Shown: piece by piece, positions 42,934-49,415 of the stretch
How the letters are laid out: each line of letters begins with the position of its first letter
How positions within the stretch are numbered: position 1 is the stretch's first letter
IMG/VR virus record: IMGVR_UViG_3300042934_001053
Coordinates: 1-49,415 of that record
Direction: 5' to 3' (one strand)
DNA from: a virus
DNA: 49,415 nt
Notes under the pieces: model-generated
Databases searched by the model: none
Seen by the model: only the letters and a program-made list of their open reading frames with translations
Told to the model about the DNA's origin: nothing
Program-made: the position numbers and the translations under genes

Positions 42934-43749
42934 TTACTTTTCAAAAATATACCCTGATAATTTGTATATATTATCATAAGAATTTCTAACTATAATTCTA
43001 GCATCCACACATCTTTCGTCCTGTGGATTCCATTTGACTCCATTCCTATACTTTTGTATAACATCTCGCACAGATAGACACGAATTACTGTTGTTGATGA
43101 GGTCATATATAAATTCAAATGAGTTTCCTGTTTTATATGCTACATATTCGATAATTGTCCGGTCAATACCACTTACTTTATGAAATGCTGAAATGACGCC
43201 ATCTAGTAAGGCTTTCTGTATATTAACTATGTTAACTTCTTCTTTCTCGGGTTTTAAAATTTCAATATATATCCCAAATTCTCCCTCATAATCGCTTTTA
43301 TTAATAGTTACGCTATCTGATTTTTTTAAAGCAATCCAATAGTCAAGTGGCTTTTTTGAAGTACTTGGTTTATCGATAGCAACATTACTCCATTCAGCGA
43401 TGATATTAGTTCTGTTATCCTCTATTGAATCTATAAAACTGTACTGATGAAAATATCTGAAATCTTGCTGTTCAGAAGTCCTTTCTAATGAAAAACATAC
43501 ACCTTTAGTATCAAGTCTTTTGAAATTAGATGTGCCTACATTATAAAATAAAATATTCTCAACATCAAAAAACTCAACTTCGTTAGTCTGTAATTTGGCT
43601 ACAAGATATTGTTTTTGCGGAGTTAATCCCCTTAAAGCATTTACTAGGTCATTCTTTAGTTTTTTTCTCCAATCCTTTGGTTCAAGACTTAATCGTTTCT
43701 GGGTCTTTACAGTTAATAAATTATCTTCTTTTATAATTTCATACTGCAT
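42934..43749 (-). CDS. Hypothetical protein
   Basis: 271-aa ORF. No family was recognised. Confidence 0.55.
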   Translation of the reverse strand: MQYEIIKEDNLLTVKTQKRLSLEPKDWRKKLKNDLVNALRGLTPQKQYLVAKLQTNEVEFFDVENILFYNVGTSNFKRLDTKGVCFSLERTSEQQDFRYFHQYSFIDSIEDNRTNIIAEWSNVAIDKPSTSKKPLDYWIALKKSDSVTINKSDYEGEFGIYIEILKPEKEEVNIVNIQKALLDGVISAFHKVSGIDRTIIEYVAYKTGNSFEFIYDLINNSNSCLSVRDVIQKYRNGVKWNPQDERCVDARIIVRNSYDNIYKLSGYIFEK

Positions 43750-43854
43750 TACTACACCTCGTCATTTGTTATTGCCTATCATCTCTCATATTAATTAATT
43801 CTATAAATGATAGTTTTCCCCTTCTTTTGGTAATAATTTAGATGAGGTTATTTT

Positions 43855-43938
43855 ATGAAAGCAAAATCGTACGCGAGAATTGATATAAGTATTCTACTTG
43901 CAGTTGCTGCAGCTCTGGTTGTATTTTGGGCGAAATAA
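43855..43938 (+). CDS. 27-aa hydrophobic peptide (candidate type I toxin-like or membrane peptide)
   Basis: MKAKSYARIDISILLAVAAALVVFWAK. It has a GAGG RBS 8 nt upstream and an extended -10 (TGGTAATAA) at 43828-36. It is not in the track. Confidence 0.35.
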   Translation: MKAKSYARIDISILLAVAAALVVFWAK

Positions 43939-43969
43939 AAAAAGCCTAGAAGGATTTTCATCTTCTAGG
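43934..43969 (-). terminator. Hairpin terminator of the CCTAGAAG family, overlapping the 3' end of the small plus-strand ORF
   Basis: CCTAGAAG (43945-52) pairs with CTTCTAGG (43962-69). On the minus strand it is followed by CTTTTTTTATTT. Confidence 0.55.
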
Positions 43970-44145
43970 AACTATCCTTTCATTAATTGTCACTTAGACA
44001 CAAAAATTACATATAAAGACCCGTACTCCTGACGCCGAGAAGTCTAGAGCTCTTCACATGGTGAAAGAATGGGCATTGGCCTCTTTGAAGTATTACTCAA
44101 AACATCCAAAATTGACTTAAGTGCTTTGTTAGTCTAAAGACATAT

Positions 44146-45012
44146 TTAGATTTCAAATACTACTGTTCCAGAAGTAACTTCAATAATGATAAATTTATTT
44201 TTGTTTCTGATTAGTTTAAAATCGACTTCATGATCATTTATATGTAATTTTTCTTTCAATTCTAGTTTTATTAAATCAATATTTTTCACTATCTCTTTTT
44301 CTGCCTCATGTAGTATTGTTAATAAATCATCAGCTTTAATAGTATGATTAATATTTGTTCTTGCTGAAGTGAGTCCCCCACCAATTGGAGTAAATACTTT
44401 CCCATTAACCTCATAAAGAACATATGCTCCGCCTTTTCTTAATTGTTCTATTTCTTTATCACTAGGCTTATGAACACTCATAACATCTTTTAACTGATAT
44501 GGCTCCATCATTTCAGGCCAGTTTCTTTCAAAAATCTGCAATAATTCCTGTTTTGCAAATATACTCTTCGTCTTATGCTTTTGGACATCTATAAAATATA
44601 CGTCATTATCATATACCTTCACAAATAATAAATAGTCTGATCTCTCCATGAAGAAGTTTCCCTTAGAATCTTTCTTATTACTTAAATGTAGATGATGTAT
44701 TCCCCAATCATCTAAAAGATAATCTAGAAAATCCGCATCTAGTATATTTCTGCTTAAGTAAGGATTAACATCTTCCCCTTTTGTAAACTTTGATTCAATT
44801 TCGTTTAATATTCTTAAGAGGTCACCTTCAATTTTTAAGAGTTTAACACAATCTGTCTTGTGTACGTTTCTAGGTCTTATCGGTATCAATTTGTTACCAA
44901 TATTATAATATTGAACTAAAATCTTATGGATATTGCCAGTTTCATCATATTTTATCCCAAGGCTTTTCATTTGACTTACAACTTCACTTCTTAAATCTTC
45001 AAATAAATTCAT
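44146..45012 (-). CDS. Hypothetical protein
   Basis: 288-aa ORF with RBS GAAGGAAGG. No family was recognised. Confidence 0.6.
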   Translation of the reverse strand: MNLFEDLRSEVVSQMKSLGIKYDETGNIHKILVQYYNIGNKLIPIRPRNVHKTDCVKLLKIEGDLLRILNEIESKFTKGEDVNPYLSRNILDADFLDYLLDDWGIHHLHLSNKKDSKGNFFMERSDYLLFVKVYDNDVYFIDVQKHKTKSIFAKQELLQIFERNWPEMMEPYQLKDVMSVHKPSDKEIEQLRKGGAYVLYEVNGKVFTPIGGGLTSARTNINHTIKADDLLTILHEAEKEIVKNIDLIKLELKEKLHINDHEVDFKLIRNKNKFIIIEVTSGTVVFEI

Positions 45013-45154
45013 AATATATTCCTTCCTTCAATATGCATTCGCCTAATGTTTCACGTTGCCGACATTCCTGAAGCTTAGCACGACGCGCTTGGTGAATGAT
45101 TGTGCCTTGATACCGATTTAATTATTAACCGTTATATTGATTATGAACTACAAA

Positions 45155-45182
45155 TTTATACCTTACTATATAAGAAATTCAA
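45155..45182 (-). promoter_or_regulatory. Candidate promoter TTGAAT-16-TATAAA for the 288-aa gene
   Basis: Minus strand: TTGAATTTCTTATATAGTAAGGTATAAA. It would give a leader of about 140 nt. Confidence 0.35.
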
Positions 45183-45218
45183 CCAAAGCTTACGGAAGCA
45201 TTTCGTTAAGAGAATTAA

Positions 45219-46403
45219 TCAAAGCTTAAAATATTCTATTAGGAACCTTCTGAAAATAAATCCCCCAACATCTCTTAGCATAAGAAGATTAATATATGGT
45301 AGTTGCATTATTACACCTATATCAGATTTAGATAATTGCGGATTACTTACCCCACCATAATATGACCTATTACTAAAAAACTCGCCAGAATGCACATATG
45401 CACTTCTCTTTTTGTAATAATCATCAATTATTCCTTTATCCATATATCCTTCTGAATAATTTTCAATAAGTTTTATAACTTTTTGCCTTATAGAAAAGAT
45501 ATTCTGGTTACAACTTTCACATCTTGAGTCGTTTGAATCCATTATGCTCGCCAACACTTCAAATGAAGACATATACAACATATTGGCTACTTCTTCAAAA
45601 GATAATCCATATTCCACTTGTTTAAAATCATAATTATCGTAATCATATATAAAACTTGTATACTTAGTTGCTGTATGAAAAAGTCTACATGCATCTATAT
45701 ATTTCTCAAATTCATCATCGTGTTGCTGACTAATAATTTTATCAATAGCTTCAACACTTTTTTCCATTACTTTAATTCTATTATTAATTATAGGATAGGT
45801 ATCAACCCAGTTTTCGCTTGCAAAATTGTTATAATCGTTTATTTCTGGTAAGGCTTTAACATTATCTGTTTGAAAAATCACATGGCTAATCTGAGTCGAT
45901 AAGAAATCTATAACCTTACCATTTATCTTTGCTAATTCACTGCCCACATCTTTTTTGTCAAAGCCGTTTATTGCAAAAATAATTGAAAACTCATTATCAT
46001 AATTTATTATCCTAAAATTCTTACCACAGTAGTTGTCAATTCCTTCACCAATTGTTTTATAAGCCATTCTTAAGTATACAGTACTAATATCCTTTTTATA
46101 GTTTTTGGCCGCATCAACTATTGTAATGAGCATCTCATAGTCTCTATTTACATCTCCATTAGAATCTTGTGGTTCAAAAATTAGCTTCTTAATACAGCCT
46201 CGTATTTCATATTTTATTTTGACATAATACAAACCAGATAAGACATTAGTTGATACAAACCCTAAACTTATTATTTTATTTTTTGCATCTTTATATGGCG
46301 TAAAATTCCAGCCCATCTGCCCATCATTTCTCAGTTTTGTCCATAAAGCTCTTAGAAACATATTTGATTCTTCAACTGTAGTATAATTAATATCAAATTC
46401 CAT
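45219..46403 (-). CDS. Hypothetical protein with a C-terminal HEPN-like RSxxxH motif (Apea-like)
   Basis: 394 aa from the ATG at 46403 behind AGGAG (the track ORF uses the GTG at 46436). A CESC pair is followed by YYKKRSAYVHSGEF (Rx4H). Confidence 0.4.
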   Translation of the reverse strand: MEFDINYTTVEESNMFLRALWTKLRNDGQMGWNFTPYKDAKNKIISLGFVSTNVLSGLYYVKIKYEIRGCIKKLIFEPQDSNGDVNRDYEMLITIVDAAKNYKKDISTVYLRMAYKTIGEGIDNYCGKNFRIINYDNEFSIIFAINGFDKKDVGSELAKINGKVIDFLSTQISHVIFQTDNVKALPEINDYNNFASENWVDTYPIINNRIKVMEKSVEAIDKIISQQHDDEFEKYIDACRLFHTATKYTSFIYDYDNYDFKQVEYGLSFEEVANMLYMSSFEVLASIMDSNDSRCESCNQNIFSIRQKVIKLIENYSEGYMDKGIIDDYYKKRSAYVHSGEFFSNRSYYGGVSNPQLSKSDIGVIMQLPYINLLMLRDVGGFIFRRFLIEYFKL

Positions 46404-46471
46404 CTTCGTCTCCTGTTCTACTAATACGATTTTCACAGATTAATTGATGATTTCTCTTAACATTAAAAATT

Positions 46472-46517
46472 TCCGAATTATATTTCGGATTATAACGAAA
46501 TGTAGTAGTATTTCCAA
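46472..46517 (-). promoter_or_regulatory. Promoter TTGGAA-17-TATAAT followed by the inverted repeat TCCGAA-N6-TTCGGA
   Basis: The -35 is at 46512-17 and the -10 at 46489-94 (minus strand). The inverted repeat at 46472-89 overlaps the -10/+1 region. Confidence 0.55.
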
Positions 46518-46549
46518 CGTTTATATCGGAAAATATCTCTGTAGATGTT

Positions 46550-46647
46550 TTTTACACTATAATATTCCTATGGTAATATATTCTACAAAATACTATAAAT
46601 TCCTCTAAAAACTCAAAAAAGCCTAGAAGGATTTCTCTCTCTAGGCT
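46550..46647 (-). promoter_or_regulatory. Accessory-cassette box, copy B: hairpin terminator (46620-47) plus TTTAGA-18-TAGAAT
   Basis: AGCCTAGA...TCTAGGCT is followed by a T-run on the minus strand. The -35 is at 46604-09 and the -10 at 46580-85. TTTTTACACT is shared with copy C. Confidence 0.5.
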
Positions 46648-46704
46648 CGTACTATTTTATCTTATGAGAATATTATGAAGCAAAATCAATGCTAAGTTAA
46701 AAAA

Positions 46705-46713
46705 TGGTATAAT
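46705..46713 (+). promoter_or_regulatory. Extended -10 promoter TGGTATAAT for the 100-aa plus-strand gene
   Basis: It lies 47 nt upstream of the ATG at 46760. The gene's RBS is AGGAGG. Confidence 0.5.
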
Positions 46714-46759
46714 ATAAATATAAAAATTATTATATGTAAGTAGGAGGCAGCGGATAAAT

Positions 46760-47062
46760 ATGGATCCAATAGTAATTGAAGGTTTAAAAGCAATTAAAAA
46801 TCGTATTAATATGTCAACAGGATTTGTGCATCCTGATGATAAGGCAAGCGTTATAGAGCTTTTAAAAAAGCTTAATGATGCAGGACATATTTTAGTCCCT
46901 TCACAAATAACAAGTTGGGCTTTACAAAATGGATTTCAACCTAAATATGCTCAAGAGCTAGAAGGATTTGCAGCAGGTGTAATTTCTGGTAAGAAATATA
47001 AAATCGGAAAGAATCACTGGAATGAGAATATTATAAAAGTATTAGAAGAAAGATCTAAATAA
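46760..47062 (+). CDS. Hypothetical protein
   Basis: 100-aa ORF with a strong RBS (TAGGAGGCAG) and its own promoter and terminator. Confidence 0.6.
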   Translation: MDPIVIEGLKAIKNRINMSTGFVHPDDKASVIELLKKLNDAGHILVPSQITSWALQNGFQPKYAQELEGFAAGVISGKKYKIGKNHWNENIIKVLEERSK

Positions 47063-47095
47063 TCAATAATCATTTAAACCTACTTAACTCTCTGT

Positions 47096-47132
47096 TCAGC
47101 TTGGCTTTAAATATATTTTCAAGCCAAGCTGA
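47096..47132. terminator. Bidirectional terminator between convergent genes
   Basis: There is a 12-bp stem, TCAGCTTGGCTT / AAGCCAAGCTGA, with a 13-nt loop. Confidence 0.65.
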
Positions 47133-47168
47133 GTGAATTTATTGTTTAATGTAGGTGAAGTTTGCGCT

Positions 47169-48086
47169 TTACTTTTCGTAACTAGGAACAATCATCTTTT
47201 CTTTATGCCTTATTTCCCAGCCGTCATGTAAGTTGATTTGAACAATTTGATCTCTACTATCAAATATTACATCTGCTTGTTTGCCCCATTTTAATTTAAT
47301 TACTTCTCTTCTTAATCCGTTTTGTAAATTTATGATTTGTTTATGTACTATTTGATCTTCAGGTATTTTTAAAGAGTACTCTGACAACTCATATGGGAAT
47401 TTAGTATCTGCAACATTACCATCTATATCCATTTCATAGTATGATATTTGTCCATGTATATCTATAAAATCAATATATAAAAGGCCATTTTTTAAGATAT
47501 ATATTGCTTCTGCTCCATTAGGAAATTTAACTGTATGTCTTTTTCCTTCTATTATTTGTGATTCAATTCCATAGTTATCTATTATTGTCCATCCTTTGAA
47601 AGATTCCTCTTCTTTTTTATCTGGCAGTTGCCCTTGAATAGCTAACTTATTTAATAAATCAATGATTTTAGTTGAGGTATCACTGCTCTCAGTTATATGC
47701 CTTTTCTCAGTTAAGGCTTTGTTCAGTGCAAAATCCCTCATCATATTACTATGGAACATCTTAATAAAATAACTTAAAGCCTCTTGTGTAACATCCTTAA
47801 CTCCATCAAAACCTTTAACAGATAATTCATTCTGTAAATCAATGTTATTTCCATAAAATAAGCTTTTTATTATACAATCAATATTTGATTGCTTCGCTAA
47901 AAAACTTGAACAAGGTTTACCAAATTCATCACCATATTTATCAAAAAAGTTTTTACTTGTTTCTTCTAAAACACAATAGACTTTCTGACTTACCTCATCA
48001 TAATCTGGAAAAACATCTTTTAGAACATTTTTAATTATGTCATATATACCATTTCCAAATACGCCTAATAAAATTTCTCCAAACAC
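47169..48086 (-). CDS. Hypothetical protein
   Basis: 305-aa ORF with a Gly-rich hydrophobic N-terminus (MFGEILLGVFGNGIYDII). No family was recognised. Confidence 0.55.
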   Translation of the reverse strand: MFGEILLGVFGNGIYDIIKNVLKDVFPDYDEVSQKVYCVLEETSKNFFDKYGDEFGKPCSSFLAKQSNIDCIIKSLFYGNNIDLQNELSVKGFDGVKDVTQEALSYFIKMFHSNMMRDFALNKALTEKRHITESSDTSTKIIDLLNKLAIQGQLPDKKEEESFKGWTIIDNYGIESQIIEGKRHTVKFPNGAEAIYILKNGLLYIDFIDIHGQISYYEMDIDGNVADTKFPYELSEYSLKIPEDQIVHKQIINLQNGLRREVIKLKWGKQADVIFDSRDQIVQINLHDGWEIRHKEKMIVPSYEK

Positions 48087-48124
48087 TTATATCTACTCCT
48101 TTTTTGTTTATTGCTAGTTAGGTT

Positions 48125-48222
48125 TTTTTACACTTTGCTATTTCTCTAGTAATATATTCTACGAGGCGCTGTAAATTCCTCTAAAATACAAAAAGCCTAG
48201 ACGGATTTCTCCATCTAGGCTT
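48125..48222 (-). promoter_or_regulatory. Accessory-cassette box, copy C: lysis-operon terminator (48193-222) plus TTTAGA-18-TAGAAT
   Basis: AAGCCTAGA...TCTAGGCTT lies directly after the endolysin stop. The -35 is at 48180-85 and the -10 at 48156-61 (minus strand). Confidence 0.55.
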
Positions 48223-48226
48223 ACCA

Positions 48227-49000
48227 TTAAAAATTCCTAATATAATCTGCATTAGCAAATATTTGATATTCCTCTATTCTTCTGTTTAACAACCCTTGTA
48301 AAATCTTTCCTCCAGCTTTTGACCATGCTGCAAAATTATCTTTTAGACTGCTATCTCTTACTCCTGCAAGAATTCTGCTGTAAAGTGTACTTCCTAAAAG
48401 ACCACCTACTCCACAGTTGTATGCAAAAGAACATAGAGCATCAAATTGGTTTTGAGTTAATACAACACCTTTACTATCTAAGCTTGTCTTTATTTTCTTT
48501 GCCATACCATTAATCTCTTCCTTCAGAAATTGTGTTGCCTGAACTTCTGTTATCTCTCCTAGTGCAACATATTCTTTCTTTGTAGTGCCATAGCCTATCG
48601 TTTTTACTCCTGCAGGATCAATATATGAAGTTGCACGAAAGCCCTCATAGTGCTTTACAAAATCAACTAGCTTATCAGAAACTAAGCTAGTGTTTTCTAT
48701 TAATGCACCATCTGCACTAAAGCTATAAGACTTTCCATCTATAACAGAGATGCAATTTGCAATCATCACTCCATCTTTACCTAAATAGAACCGCTTGTTG
48801 TTATCCTGTAGCCAGCCAACTTTCATTACTCCGTTGTTGTCAAGGTAATACCATTTGTCATTCTCTTTTAGCCATCCAGTAACCATAGTTCCATTAGAAT
48901 TTAAATAGTACCACTTTCCTTCAACTTGCTGCCACCCAGTTAAAAGAATGCCTGAAGTCTCATCTTCGAGACACCATTTCCATTTAGCCATATTATTCAC
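48227..49000 (-). CDS. Endolysin: N-terminal CW_binding_1 repeats plus a C-terminal GH24 phage lysozyme domain
   Basis: The repeats are GWQQVEGKWYYLNSNGTMVTGWLKENDKWYYLDNNGVMKVGWLQDNNKRFYLGKDGVM. The lysozyme motif is HYEGFRATSYIDPAGVKTIGYGTT. Confidence 0.85.
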   Translation of the reverse strand: MNNMAKWKWCLEDETSGILLTGWQQVEGKWYYLNSNGTMVTGWLKENDKWYYLDNNGVMKVGWLQDNNKRFYLGKDGVMIANCISVIDGKSYSFSADGALIENTSLVSDKLVDFVKHYEGFRATSYIDPAGVKTIGYGTTKKEYVALGEITEVQATQFLKEEINGMAKKIKTSLDSKGVVLTQNQFDALCSFAYNCGVGGLLGSTLYSRILAGVRDSSLKDNFAAWSKAGGKILQGLLNRRIEEYQIFANADYIRNF

Positions 49001-49033
49001 CCCTAGATAATTTATTCAAAAATTCAAATTGTG

Positions 49034-49415
49034 CTAATCTGTTGGATTGCTTTTACTCTTAAGTTGTGTCAAAACAGTTACTAATTTATCTGGAACGGGC
49101 AAACCCATCTTTGCTGCATTCTCAATTAAACTAACGCCCTCATTTGCTATGTAAAAATAACATACAAGAGTACGGAATACCCATGAACCATTATTTAAGA
49201 GTCTATCTAGTGATACTGCAACAATTAGGACAACTAAGATAGTAAATTTCTTTAACAGACCTTTAAAGCCTATACTAGAGCTTAAAGTTTTGTTCATAAC
49301 TCCACCGAGGAATCCAGTAATATAATCAAGGACCATGAAAAGAATAAGCACCCCTAGAGCTGTATCCCATGCTCCAAAGATAAAGGTGAACCATGTCCCA
49401 ACTAATGCTGCTATT
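49034..49415 (-). CDS. Holin (Phage_holin_4_1 / TIGR01593-like), truncated by the window end; the N-terminus is at 1..150
   Basis: MVLDYITGFLGG...SSSIGFKGLLKK...YFYIANEGVSLIENAAKMGLPVP is typical of this holin family. The ORF stays open to 49415. Confidence 0.85.
   Translation of the reverse strand, partial: IAALVGTWFTFIFGAWDTALGVLILFMVLDYITGFLGGVMNKTLSSSIGFKGLLKKFTILVVLIVAVSLDRLLNNGSWVFRTLVCYFYIANEGVSLIENAAKMGLPVPDKLVTVLTQLKSKSNPTD
49289..49415. repeat. Second copy of the 127-bp terminal repeat
   Basis: Same sequence as 1..127. Confidence 0.95.

Larger units (their letters stand above)
1..49415. mobile_element. Complete temperate phage genome (contractile tail, PBSX/Xkd-like tail module, HK97-type head). 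It is circularly closed, with about 49,288 bp of unique sequence.
   Basis: There is a full set of lysogeny, replication, packaging, head, tail and lysis genes plus an intact attP. The window ends repeat each other over 127 bp. Confidence 0.85.

Noticed and set aside
43976-45110. The possibility that the GC-rich non-coding islands are a retron msr/msd or a ToxI-type repeat RNA.
   Set aside because: There is no reverse transcriptase gene in the window. There are no tandem repeats and no long a1/a2 inverted repeats around the segments.
45100-45360. An 86-aa plus-strand ORF, together with 45618-45851, 35924-36298, 39063-39278, 40058-40273, 41351-41668, 43595-43798 and 48319-48513.
   Set aside because: Each is antisense to a longer minus-strand accessory ORF with better start signals, and none has coding-like composition. 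45100-45360 also crosses a predicted promoter and leader.

Overview
This window is a complete, circularly closed genome of a temperate contractile-tailed phage with a PBSX/Xkd-like tail module. The host is probably a low-GC, spore-forming Gram-positive bacterium of the Clostridium type. That host guess is inferred from a Cheo-type LexA box, a Spo0E-like gene, CW_binding_1 repeats in the endolysin and the visibly AT-rich composition; none of these was computed. Bases 1-127 are identical to 49289-49415, so the unique length is 49,288 bp and the holin gene spans the junction. Almost all genes are on the minus strand. Reading in the direction of transcription they are: early/recombination/replication genes (32.1 to 24.4 kb), a late regulator, the packaging module (19.9 to 16.1 kb), HK97-type head genes (16.1 to 12.9 kb), neck, sheath, tube, tape measure, baseplate and fibres (12.9 to 1.2 kb), holin and endolysin across the junction, and then a roughly 12.5 kb accessory island (48.1 to 35.7 kb) that ends at attP. 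The plus-strand lysogeny module (XRE repressor, ImmA-type protease, tyrosine integrase) lies at 32.3-35.2 kb. attP contains the 3' end of a tRNA gene flanked by arm-type repeats. The parts most worth a second look are the accessory cassettes. They include a 761-aa protein with two HEPN-like RNxxxxH motifs, a PIN-like protein, a GIY-YIG protein, a small PD-(D/E)xK-like protein, a LexA-DNA-binding-domain operon behind a Cheo-box promoter, a 394-aa protein with a C-terminal RSxxxH motif, a 27-aa hydrophobic peptide, a NACHT/STAND NTPase inserted into the replication module, and an Abi-alpha-like gene between the tail fibres and the holin. Several of these cassettes share a repeated terminator-plus-promoter box. 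All functional calls come from motif and family recall only; no database search was run.
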